This document shows positions 42,242-51,057 of a stretch of DNA of 64,000 bases, one piece after another. Source of the DNA: a virus; the IMG/VR virus record IMGVR_UViG_3300028393_000021; one strand, given 5' to 3'. The number at the start of each line of letters is the position of its first letter. The first letter of the stretch is position 1. The notes under the pieces are model-generated. The model did no database searches. It was given only the letters and a program-made list of their open reading frames with translations, and had not been told where the DNA came from. Both the position numbers and the translations under genes were made by a program.

Positions 42242-42751
42242 ATTACTTGTTTAATACTAAATGCTGACGTAAGCCCAGTTTCTCTACTTCCGCTGAGTAC
42301 AATCACGTGGGAAGAATCCATACGATATTTGGTATCGGATAAAGCTACGGTTTTAGAATGGTATGAAGATTGGATTGTACATAGTGCAACTTGGGAAACC
42401 CGTGTGCCTGCTGTTATGATCTTAAAGGAATACCAGAAAAAGAAAACTTCTGTGCGTTTTAGCAAACAGAATGTATTCCTGCGCGATTTGTTCACTTGCC
42501 AATATTGCGGTATTGCTGTGACTAACAAAACTTCAACATTGGATCACGTACTACCAACTAGTCACGGTGGTAAGACCACTTACGAGAACTGCGTCTGTAG
42601 TTGTTCTAGATGTAATGCTAACAAAGGCAATGATAAACGGATTGTTCCCAAGATCAAACCATTTAAACCCACATACTTCCAATTAATAGATAAGAGGAAG
42701 AAAATGAAGTTTGATTTACGTCATCCAAGTTGGGCAACGTATCTTACATAA
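42242..42751 (+). CDS. HNH endonuclease (McrA-like), start non-canonical or frameshifted
   Basis: RDLFTCQYCG...TLDHVLP.SHGGKT..EN.V.SC..CN..KG. The family-typical N-terminal LILNAD..P.S...WEE segment lies in frame upstream of the track start 42329, from ATT 42242. Confidence 0.85.
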   Translation: MTCLILNADVSPVSLLPLSTITWEESIRYLVSDKATVLEWYEDWIVHSATWETRVPAVMILKEYQKKKTSVRFSKQNVFLRDLFTCQYCGIAVTNKTSTLDHVLPTSHGGKTTYENCVCSCSRCNANKGNDKRIVPKIKPFKPTYFQLIDKRKKMKFDLRHPSWATYLT

Positions 42752-42752
42752 G

Positions 42753-42776
42753 AAAAGCGCCCTAGGGCGCTTTTTT
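42753..42776. terminator. Bidirectional intrinsic terminator
   Basis: AAAAGCGCCC-TA-GGGCGCTTTTTT between the convergent HNH gene and infA. Confidence 0.8.
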
Positions 42777-42993
42777 ATCTCTCACGGTACACTATTCGGC
42801 ATTTTGACATATCATATGGACTTAGCTCAATCCGCACTTTATCACCTGTGAGGATTTGAATTTTGTTTTGACGCATCCTGCCACTGATGTGACCCAACAC
42901 TGTCGGCCCTTGCGCTATCTTTACTCTGAACATTGCATTTGGCAAAACTTCTTCCACTATGCCCTCTGTTGTTATTGCTTCTTCTTTGCTCAC
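42775..42993 (-). CDS. infA: Translation initiation factor IF-1
   Basis: [19 protein letters not shown]......[26 protein letters not shown]....RIVYR. Confidence 0.95.
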   Translation of the reverse strand: MSKEEAITTEGIVEEVLPNAMFRVKIAQGPTVLGHISGRMRQNKIQILTGDKVRIELSPYDMSKCRIVYRER

Positions 42994-43236
42994 TTAAACT
43001 GTTTCTCCTTTTAGGCCTTTGATCACTAGATCCTTGGCACGGTTATTTAACAATCTTTCTTCTTCAGCTAGCATCATTTCAACCATTACTTTAGTATATT
43101 CAACAACAGCTAATTTACCTTCGTCAGTCCAATGACTGTAATCACTACCTACGCCACTGTGAAGATAATACTGGCGATTCAACGCAAGGGCATGAATGCC
43201 CGCATAAAGTGTTTCTTTAAGAGCCTGTTGTTCCAT
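42994..43236 (-). CDS. Hypothetical protein
   Basis: 80 aa, abuts both neighbours. Confidence 0.7.
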   Translation of the reverse strand: MEQQALKETLYAGIHALALNRQYYLHSGVGSDYSHWTDEGKLAVVEYTKVMVEMMLAEEERLLNNRAKDLVIKGLKGETV

Positions 43237-43237
43237 A

Positions 43238-44551
43238 TTAAATCTTTTCGCCAGCTACAAAGCCACGGAAACGGAGGAAACGTGGAAAACGCAACGAATA
43301 AGTACCGTCTTGGTTTTGTGTAACAGCATCTGCTCTTACTTCCACAATCTGACCAGGGAGGCTATCACGACTAGACCAAAACTCAGTTCGATCACTATCG
43401 CTAAACCCACTACCGCAATTGACAACAATAGCCTTTCCGTCGTCCACTCCGGAGCAGACCAGTGCACCAAGACGGCCTTCATTTTTGCCTGTACCTTCTT
43501 CAACATCTGTAACCTCCAACGACACTTCAATAAAAGGCTTCATCTTGAGCCAACTGGCATGACGCTTACAAACATAAGGTGCATCCAGATCTTTAATCAT
43601 AATGCCTTCAAATCCTGCGTCAATTGCATCCTTGTTGTATTGTTTGAATTGCAGTTCTCCAACATAACTACCTAAATCAACTTCAATCTGTGGGATGATA
43701 TCGATACTGCCAACTTTGTCCAACACAGGTTTCATACCGCGTAACAGATTACTGCGGCGCTTCTGACCCATGATGCTTTGTCCTGCTTGGAATTCACTCA
43801 ATGGCAATACATCAAACAACATCAAACGAGCATCATCAGTTTGAGCATCGCTCTTACGGTGCACCTGCTTCATCAGTGCTTGAAAACTGCTACTAACCAT
43901 CTCACCATCCAGAACCATACTGCGCTCAAATAGTTCAATGTTGGCTTCAATTGCACTTGTAATATGTCCAAAGTTTTCCAACACTTTACCATTACGGCTA
44001 TACATTGTAGCCGTCTTGTTGGCTGCATTGACAATAGTGATTACACGGACACCATCTAACTTAGGTTCAAGTAGTTTTTTACCTGTGATCTTCTTTTCGT
44101 GATTGGCACCATCATGTGCTAGCATACATTCAAACACTGGTACAGGTTTGATCGTTGGGTATGTGTTGAGCACTTTGTTTACAGTCTTTTCACTAACACC
44201 GCAACGTAGATCTTTAATAAGAATACGGCGATACCAATCATTCCATTGGTTACCTGTACTAGCACTCAATGCCAATTCGATAGCATCACGGGCATTGTGT
44301 CCTGTAAGTTGTCTTGTGTATAGCAAATGAGCCAGCTCTTTAAATGCTACCCAGGGTAGTCCTTGCCCATCTGGACCGCTATGAGTTGGGACTTTTTTTA
44401 CACCAAATGTATAAAGTGTATCAAGTGCCATACGCATACCTTCAAACAATTCTGTATTATTTGCTTGAGCTTCTGCTTCAATAATACTTTCTTTATTTAA
44501 ACGGCTAGGATGATCTTCTAAAATTCGGATAATACTATCGCAATTACTCAT
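43238..44551 (-). CDS. ATP-dependent DNA ligase
   Basis: Start moved to MSNCD at 44551; EPKLDGVR (adenylated Lys), LDGEM, FDVL, FEGIMIKD, WLKMKP, VEVRAD, SLRFPRF. Confidence 0.95.
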   Translation of the reverse strand: MSNCDSIIRILEDHPSRLNKESIIEAEAQANNTELFEGMRMALDTLYTFGVKKVPTHSGPDGQGLPWVAFKELAHLLYTRQLTGHNARDAIELALSASTGNQWNDWYRRILIKDLRCGVSEKTVNKVLNTYPTIKPVPVFECMLAHDGANHEKKITGKKLLEPKLDGVRVITIVNAANKTATMYSRNGKVLENFGHITSAIEANIELFERSMVLDGEMVSSSFQALMKQVHRKSDAQTDDARLMLFDVLPLSEFQAGQSIMGQKRRSNLLRGMKPVLDKVGSIDIIPQIEVDLGSYVGELQFKQYNKDAIDAGFEGIMIKDLDAPYVCKRHASWLKMKPFIEVSLEVTDVEEGTGKNEGRLGALVCSGVDDGKAIVVNCGSGFSDSDRTEFWSSRDSLPGQIVEVRADAVTQNQDGTYSLRFPRFLRFRGFVAGEKI

Positions 44552-44630
44552 AGGTACTTTCAAAGAGTGTGTTTGTAATGCGTTAATTATACAGGGATTT
44601 ACCCAGGCTGTCAACTAGATTGTTATCAAA

Positions 44631-44960
44631 TTAAACTGAAAAACTTGAACCACATCCGCAAGTACTGGTTGCTCCGGGATTTTGGATAACAAAACTGGAT
44701 CCATTTAATTCTTCTTTATAATCAATAGTAGAACCCGTTAAATATTGCATACTCATTGCATCTATTAAAATAGACAGGCCGGACTTTTTAATTAAAAAGT
44801 CATCTTCATTTTGTTCCTCATCAAAAGTAAATCCATATTGAAATCCACTACATCCACCACCTTGTACAAATGTGCGTAGTTTTAATTCTGGATTGTTTTC
44901 TTCTGCTAATAAATCAGCAATTTTTAATATTGCAGAATCAGTGATGTTTATTTGTTCCAT
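44631..44960 (-). CDS. erpA: A-type Fe-S cluster carrier, ErpA-like
   Basis: Start moved to [10 protein letters not shown] at 44960; [21 protein letters not shown]...[14 protein letters not shown]. Confidence 0.9.
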   Translation of the reverse strand: MEQINITDSAILKIADLLAEENNPELKLRTFVQGGGCSGFQYGFTFDEEQNEDDFLIKKSGLSILIDAMSMQYLTGSTIDYKEELNGSSFVIQNPGATSTCGCGSSFSV

Positions 44961-44964
44961 ATTA

Positions 44965-44983
44965 ATATTTATACTATAAATAT
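44965..44983. promoter_or_regulatory. Back-to-back late-promoter motifs forming a palindrome
   Basis: ATATTTATA-C-TATAAATAT gives TATAAATA on both strands in the 28-bp erpA/iscA gap. Confidence 0.65.
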
Positions 44984-44988
44984 CATAC

Positions 44989-45315
44989 ATGATTACCGTA
45001 ACCGACACAGCGTCTAAAAAGATTAAACTGAATCTGGCAAAACGTGGCAAGGGCGTGGGTATTCGTATTGGTGTAAAGACTACAGGATGTAGTGGATTGG
45101 CCTATGTGTTGGAATATGTGGACGAATACACAGCTGAAACGGGTGTTACCAACTATGCTCAAACTGACTTTGTGGTATTGATTGATGCCAAAAGCCTAGT
45201 GTATCTAAATGGCTTGACTATGGATTGGGTTCGTAATGGACTTAATGAAGGATTTGAATTTTTAAATCCTAACTCTAAAGGAGAATGTGGTTGTGGAGAA
45301 AGTTTTAGAATATGA
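44989..45315 (+). CDS. iscA: A-type Fe-S cluster carrier, IscA-like
   Basis: [26 protein letters not shown]...[20 protein letters not shown]. Confidence 0.92.
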   Translation: MITVTDTASKKIKLNLAKRGKGVGIRIGVKTTGCSGLAYVLEYVDEYTAETGVTNYAQTDFVVLIDAKSLVYLNGLTMDWVRNGLNEGFEFLNPNSKGECGCGESFRI

Positions 45316-45653
45316 AATATTGGTCTAGAGAACATACAAAAGAATGGATTGCTCAGCTAGAGGATCGATTAGAAGATATTGCATATTATCTTGAAAAAAC
45401 AGAAACCTGGTGTGACAATTACGGGATCGATGACGAACGTGTGGTTTTTATGTGTATGTTTCTAACATGCATTTGGGTTAGTCAATTACGAGATGAAGAT
45501 ATCACCTATGTTGAACTTATGGAAATGTTGGGTGTGGAATGTTCAAAATCTGGGGAAGAAAAGTTCTACGAATTAGATAACAAATATCTAAATCTCACAC
45601 ATATTGAACTATTAGAAGAAGCTGTGGCTCACTTTGAGCCAGGTGAAGATTAA
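45312..45653 (+). CDS. Acidic hypothetical protein
   Basis: 113 aa, ATGA overlap with iscA. Confidence 0.65.
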   Translation: MKYWSREHTKEWIAQLEDRLEDIAYYLEKTETWCDNYGIDDERVVFMCMFLTCIWVSQLRDEDITYVELMEMLGVECSKSGEEKFYELDNKYLNLTHIELLEEAVAHFEPGED

Positions 45654-45905
45654 TTACTTGCCGCTGTAATCTTTAACTGCGCCGCCGTACTTTACGCTTT
45701 TAGCTTTGTGGCCGTTTAATGCCTTGCCGCTACCTGCAACGCCCTGTTTACCTGTGCCATCAGTGTGGCCAGTATCGTGTTTGAGCAGGCCGAGACTAAC
45801 ACATTGGCTGTATCGAACATTGCTTAATCTAGAATGCCCAACTGAACAATCGCTGCTAGTTGGGTGTGCTAATTTCTTTTCGGACAATAGTTCTGTGATC
45901 TTCAT
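45654..45905 (-). CDS. Small basic hypothetical protein
   Basis: Start moved to MKITELLSE at 45905, overlapping the upstream stop (ATGA). Confidence 0.65.
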   Translation of the reverse strand: MKITELLSEKKLAHPTSSDCSVGHSRLSNVRYSQCVSLGLLKHDTGHTDGTGKQGVAGSGKALNGHKAKSVKYGGAVKDYSGK

Positions 45906-46195
45906 TCGCAATTCCACTTTTTTAGTGCAAGGGCTTTTCTAGTAGGGTCACCATTGGGTTTCTTCATAGGACCATCAACTCCGCCCATTCTAGCACAGAA
46001 TGATTTACGGCGGTTGGCTGCTTTGCTACCGGCTTTTAACTTACTAGGTTTAGTGGTCACCGCTGTTTGCAATTTGCTACCCGGGTTCTCTCTACGGTAA
46101 GAAGCAACTCCTTTGGCATTTAGGCCGCCGGATTTGCTTTTACCTGCTTTACGGCGCCAGGCCGCAGATTCATCAATAAATTCGTATGCTCGCAT
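45902..46195 (-). CDS. Basic conserved phage protein (DUF6321-like) with MRAYEF N-terminus
   Basis: AWRRK.GKSKSGGLNAKGVASYRRENPGSKL..AVT...RRKSFCARM; TATAAATA at 46201-46208 on the minus strand. Confidence 0.75.
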   Translation of the reverse strand: MRAYEFIDESAAWRRKAGKSKSGGLNAKGVASYRRENPGSKLQTAVTTKPSKLKAGSKAANRRKSFCARMGGVDGPMKKPNGDPTRKALALKKWNCE

Positions 46196-46208
46196 TCAAG
46201 TATTTATA

Positions 46209-46529
46209 TTACTTGAACACAATCATTCCCAACATCACTACTTGACCAATAAATCCTAAGCAGATTGTAGAAACATACAAGAAGTTCTTTTCAATTAGAC
46301 TCTTAAAGAACAATGTAGTCAGTGCCGCCCAAACAAACAACATAAGATCGTAAGGAGGTAGTTTGTCGCTTTGTGCTAGGATCATTGCAAGTAGTGTAGG
46401 TACGGATGCAAAGTGTAGTAGCACAATAGTAATCCAACCTAGTGTATGAGCACTAATATGCCCTAGGTGATCTTTAAAGAATGTATAAACAAAATCAACT
46501 GCGCTAGTGATATATCCAAAGAATTTCAT
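46209..46529 (-). CDS. Small three-helix membrane protein
   Basis: Three hydrophobic segments, lies downstream of the cell wall hydrolase. Confidence 0.7.
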   Translation of the reverse strand: MKFFGYITSAVDFVYTFFKDHLGHISAHTLGWITIVLLHFASVPTLLAMILAQSDKLPPYDLMLFVWAALTTLFFKSLIEKNFLYVSTICLGFIGQVVMLGMIVFK

Positions 46530-46565
46530 TTTAAGTCCTTGTTTGTAAAAAATGTGATATGTAAT

Positions 46566-47141
46566 TTATTCATAAAATATATGTTGACCAATTTGTATAA
46601 TACGTTTACGTTTCCATCCCGGCGATATATACGAAGCATGATAATACAGTGCTTTGTCTAAACTAGGTAAACGGAAGCCTTCTAGGAGAACTTTCTTGGC
46701 CACTTCCTCGCTTTCTCTGTAGCTGGCATTGTTAGGTGGTCGCATACTTGAATCTCTATCACACGTCCAAGAAAACTGGCATATAACCTTTTCATAAAAG
46801 ACATTGCGTTGATAGATTGTTTTGCAAATATCATCCGGAAACTGCCCGCTTTTTACACGGTTTATTGTTACCTGCGCGACGGCAACTCTCCCCTCAAATG
46901 ACTCGTTGCCTGCTTCATAGTAAATATTTTTGGATAGACACCCTAGTTGTCTTTCTCGCAAGGCTGAAGTGATTTGAGAGCTCTCAACGGGTGTATATTT
47001 GTCGAGCTTATCGAGCACAACCCAATTGAGCATAAACACTGATGTTATCAGTGCCAGTACCATTAATGCAAATGTTACTGCGGATAGTGCTGTTTTAGAA
47101 ACTTCAGGTGCGTATACCTTGTCTAATGTTAATTCAGTCAT
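46566..47141 (-). CDS. Cell wall hydrolase, SleB/Hydrolase_2 family, with N-terminal membrane anchor
   Basis: CL.KNIYYEA.NE..EG..AVAQVT.NRV....PD.IC...YQ...QFSW...LYYHA.YI.P.W...IG.HIFY; AGGAGG SD. Confidence 0.92.
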   Translation of the reverse strand: MTELTLDKVYAPEVSKTALSAVTFALMVLALITSVFMLNWVVLDKLDKYTPVESSQITSALRERQLGCLSKNIYYEAGNESFEGRVAVAQVTINRVKSGQFPDDICKTIYQRNVFYEKVICQFSWTCDRDSSMRPPNNASYRESEEVAKKVLLEGFRLPSLDKALYYHASYISPGWKRKRIIQIGQHIFYE

Positions 47142-47232
47142 AGTGACCTCCTTTTTCGTTGATGGTAAAATAGTTATGCTACAACGACTATTATACCGTC
47201 AAGGCAGGTAAAAAACAACAAGTTTGACTGAG

Positions 47233-48393
47233 TTAGTGAATAATATGCAACATGTTACAATGATCAATTAGAAAATCAAAGTTTTGATTGTATTGAGTGT
47301 CCGATTGTTTAGCAACAAACAATGCCTTGTTACGCTCTGCAATTGCATTACAATCTTTAACCAACTGTTGATATTTATCAGTTGGCAAATTAGATATACG
47401 TTCAATTTCTGCAACAATCATATTTGCTCGTTTATTATGATCAAGTTCTAAATCATACGCTTCATTAATATACGGACTAAACGTTTCAAAGCCTAATTCT
47501 CTAACTTGTTCTAAAAAATAAGGAGTAGAAAATGCAATAAATGGCCTAACACACACAATTGGTTTATATCCTTTTTCTGACATAAAACTTGGTGCTAATT
47601 TTCTATGATATATATTATCCGGACCTGTTGGTGCATAATAAAAATCATAATGTGTTTCTACTAACACATGAATATCTGCAGAAAATACAGTTCTATATGT
47701 TTCATCATCCCAAGCATTTAAAAGAACATTTTTTTTTAATTTATATGGAATATTATCCATCCATTGTAACACATCATGCCCTATTGATCCAAAATTAGTT
47801 TTATGTAAGTCTTCTAGCATACGATCTTTATCAAAATGAATTACTTCACCATATGGGTGAATATTATAAAAACTATATATAAAATCTTTTAATAAATTTC
47901 TTTCAGCTAACCTAGCATATAGATGTAATCGCCAATTTACATAACGTCTACTTAATGCACTAAATTTCTTTGTAATTAATCGATCATTAATTAATAATTT
48001 CGAATTCACTAGCCCTATATTATAAATTCCAATTGTAATACCACGTATGTTTAATTCGTTTAATCTATCTTCAAGAAATGATTTATGAACTTCATCCATG
48101 ACCAGCATAAACATTTTACTGGTAGGAATTTGTTTTAGATCAATTAAATTTTTAATCTGTTCTGCTAATTCACATGTAAAAGTTTCATTACAATTTTCAT
48201 ATAAGAATTTTGCTGTAGGCTCAGAGCGTAAATGCTCCCAATGAATATCATCGAATGCATTCACTATTGTGCCGCCGTGGTAGGGATGATAATGATAAAT
48301 TACATCAACATCAGATTTCCAATCGCTTAATGATTTAAAATGTGTAGCTTTATAAGTTAAATGATAAAATTGTCCGCTTCTGTTGTAAATCAT
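47233..48393 (-). CDS. Glycosyltransferase-like phage protein, paralog of 48393..49682
   Basis: C-terminal VLVETH...SEKGYKPI...PFI......L..VRELGF.TF..YI.E.YD...D...R, which resembles a GT-B C-terminal domain. Confidence 0.55.
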   Translation of the reverse strand: MIYNRSGQFYHLTYKATHFKSLSDWKSDVDVIYHYHPYHGGTIVNAFDDIHWEHLRSEPTAKFLYENCNETFTCELAEQIKNLIDLKQIPTSKMFMLVMDEVHKSFLEDRLNELNIRGITIGIYNIGLVNSKLLINDRLITKKFSALSRRYVNWRLHLYARLAERNLLKDFIYSFYNIHPYGEVIHFDKDRMLEDLHKTNFGSIGHDVLQWMDNIPYKLKKNVLLNAWDDETYRTVFSADIHVLVETHYDFYYAPTGPDNIYHRKLAPSFMSEKGYKPIVCVRPFIAFSTPYFLEQVRELGFETFSPYINEAYDLELDHNKRANMIVAEIERISNLPTDKYQQLVKDCNAIAERNKALFVAKQSDTQYNQNFDFLIDHCNMLHIIH

Positions 48394-49682
48394 TATAGTA
48401 CTCCATATTTTTCTACGATTTTATCCAATTCTATATTTTTCATACTGTATAAATGTTCGGCATTATATTCAAGTATGTCTTTAACCTTGTATGAGAATTC
48501 AATTTTTTGCTCTTCAGACCACTTGCTTATGAGTTCAACTAGATCAAATATTTTATTAAATCTAACCTCATGGTCAGTTTCTTGATCATAACTTTCATCC
48601 CAAAACTCACTAAACGTTTTGAATCCCATATCTCTTATATGTTGTAAACTGCCCGGAGATGCAATTATAATAAATGGTTGTAACTGTGCAATTGGTTTAA
48701 ATGTCTTTTCAGTCACATGAATTATTTTATTAAAAAAGAAAGTTTCAGTAATGATATTAATTAAAGAGTTTTTATAAAATGTTTCTAAATCATCGGGGCT
48801 TGACTCCATAGGATACAATTCAAAATCAGGTTTGTCTAATACCAAAGGCAATGTTGATTCACACCTAGCAATGTCCTCAATGGTAAAATTATATTGTGGA
48901 TGATTGTGAACTAAGTGCGATATAGTAGTAGTAAACGATTGACCTGATCCCGGTTGCGTCTTTGCCATACTCATATAAAAGTCAGCTAATAATTTACGTT
49001 TTTCCATCATCATAAAAAATATTAACCTATGCGAATGGTATCGCCTATTAAAACATAAAAATGTTTTATTTCTACTTCCAGGCTCATATGTTGTTAATGG
49101 TTTATTAACATCAATATCAGTTCTATCAATTCGTGTAGTTGGAATATACTCCATGTGCATTTCAGGTGCTATACTATGTCTAGCACAGTGATCAATATAA
49201 ATTTCTTGCCCATTGGCACAATGTGAAATGTATATAATTTGTGATAATGGAATTTGTTTGTAATCAAAATAGTGTTTCATTGACTGTAAAAATACATCAT
49301 CGAGAAAGCTTTCATGTAATATAGTGATTAAAATAAATGCTTCTTTATTTTTTACACGAGATATAATTTCAGGGGTTATATTGTTGTGATCTAACAATCC
49401 GTCATTGATATGAAACATATGTAATATATCTCTATAATTATAATTCCCAAAATTTATTTCATATAAAAATACATCAGTTGGTAATGTGCAGGCTGGTATA
49501 ATATTACAGTTAGATTTAAATTGAGTATAACAATGTGGTATATGATGGAAATCCCAACGTATAGTGTTAGGGGGATCCATCACGTATTGATCAACTAGAT
49601 CAATCATTGTAGGTACTCTATTATTAGTGATAGGGCCGCGTGGACCAATCCATTCATAGACAAAATTCAATTTCTTAGTCAT
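48393..49682 (-). CDS. Glycosyltransferase-like phage protein, paralog of 47233..48393
   Basis: FLCFNRR...HR, IITETFF....VTEKTFKPI...PFII..SPG.L..IR.MGFKTF.EFWDESYD...D...R. Confidence 0.55.
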   Translation of the reverse strand: MTKKLNFVYEWIGPRGPITNNRVPTMIDLVDQYVMDPPNTIRWDFHHIPHCYTQFKSNCNIIPACTLPTDVFLYEINFGNYNYRDILHMFHINDGLLDHNNITPEIISRVKNKEAFILITILHESFLDDVFLQSMKHYFDYKQIPLSQIIYISHCANGQEIYIDHCARHSIAPEMHMEYIPTTRIDRTDIDVNKPLTTYEPGSRNKTFLCFNRRYHSHRLIFFMMMEKRKLLADFYMSMAKTQPGSGQSFTTTISHLVHNHPQYNFTIEDIARCESTLPLVLDKPDFELYPMESSPDDLETFYKNSLINIITETFFFNKIIHVTEKTFKPIAQLQPFIIIASPGSLQHIRDMGFKTFSEFWDESYDQETDHEVRFNKIFDLVELISKWSEEQKIEFSYKVKDILEYNAEHLYSMKNIELDKIVEKYGVL

Positions 49683-51057
49683 TTAAATCCTTGCATATAT
49701 TATGAAAATTTATCATTTCCGGAAATGTATTTAAAAAATCAGTGCCCCTTCGTGTATCTAATTCATTAAACCAATTATAGAAATCCTTACGTCCTTCATC
49801 TAGCTTATCATCATCATACGTAGTTGTTGCCATATAATCGACCACTCTTCTAAACTTTTCAAACTCCACGGATGAAAACTTGTTGGGATTAGAGTCATCT
49901 AAATTGTCTTCCATAAATTTTAAACTATCATGCATGTATGGCATAAACTCGTCTTTGGGTAGAATATTCATATCGTATTGCAATGGTTCTTTTAAGTACG
50001 GTGTATCAAACCTAACCATTTGTGGTTGATCAGTTTTGTTATATGGATTATATATTCTTCGCCACTCTAGTATTTTAACCAATAATTGTTTAAATGTTGT
50101 TACACATAAAATATTAAAGGTAATCATAAAACTTATAGGTTGTCCGGTTTCTTTAAGATATGCATCAAAGTTACGTTCCCATAATATTAAATCAAGTCCA
50201 GTTCTAACATATTCCGCTCGTGGACCCCAAGTATCGATACTAGTGTACAATTTAAATCTCTTAATACTGTTAGATGCTGTGAGAGAGTTAATTGACTCAA
50301 TCATTTTATCTACTAATCTAGATTTAACTCCCAAGTTACTATTGATATTCAATTCAAGATTAGGCATTGGGTCTTTTTCAAGACTATCTAATAATTTCCA
50401 TGTGCTGGTGTGCATCAATGGTTCGCCGCCCGTTATACGTAGAATAGATAATGTTTTACGCAGTTCTGGCCACCATTGCCACCAAGCATCAACATAAGGA
50501 TTTTTTTCTTCTCTTTCATATAAGTTCATCCAATCAATATCACAACGATGATTCTTTACAGTGGTAACAGGACCAAACTGTTTGATTTCATTATAAAATC
50601 TACTGCTGGCCTTGGGATGACAATATCCGCATTTGAAATTACATTCATTACCAAAACTAATTTCTACATATTCTGGATTTATATTTTGATCCCATGGGCC
50701 CGTTACAGCTTGTTTGTATCGTTCTTCGGTGAATATACTAGCAGTCTTAATATGCCTGTCACTGACATAGTCAGGGCCCATTGATTCAATATTCCAACAA
50801 TATTGGCATCCTTTGGTTTTAACACCCTCTAACATCTCTTTACGTTCTAACTTCTTATGAGAAGTATTATGCAATGCACTGGGATTATCTTTGAGTTCTT
50901 CTAAATTTATTGTGTGTGGTGCAGGATGATAACAACTATGTGTTTCACCTGTTTGTAAATATAAAGTAACATGATGCCATTTAGCTAAACAAAATGTTGG
51001 GCTTGTTTCGTTTACAATAGATATAACGGTTTTAATTCGGTGTTGTGCATTGTCCAT
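49675..51057 (-). CDS. Radical SAM protein with N-terminal twitch/SPASM-like Cys cluster
   Basis: CNFKCGYC (CxxxCxxC), ITGGEP, NSNL; N-terminal FC.AKW...SCYH...GC.YCW..E. Confidence 0.9.
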   Translation of the reverse strand: MDNAQHRIKTVISIVNETSPTFCLAKWHHVTLYLQTGETHSCYHPAPHTINLEELKDNPSALHNTSHKKLERKEMLEGVKTKGCQYCWNIESMGPDYVSDRHIKTASIFTEERYKQAVTGPWDQNINPEYVEISFGNECNFKCGYCHPKASSRFYNEIKQFGPVTTVKNHRCDIDWMNLYEREEKNPYVDAWWQWWPELRKTLSILRITGGEPLMHTSTWKLLDSLEKDPMPNLELNINSNLGVKSRLVDKMIESINSLTASNSIKRFKLYTSIDTWGPRAEYVRTGLDLILWERNFDAYLKETGQPISFMITFNILCVTTFKQLLVKILEWRRIYNPYNKTDQPQMVRFDTPYLKEPLQYDMNILPKDEFMPYMHDSLKFMEDNLDDSNPNKFSSVEFEKFRRVVDYMATTTYDDDKLDEGRKDFYNWFNELDTRRGTDFLNTFPEMINFHNICKDLND

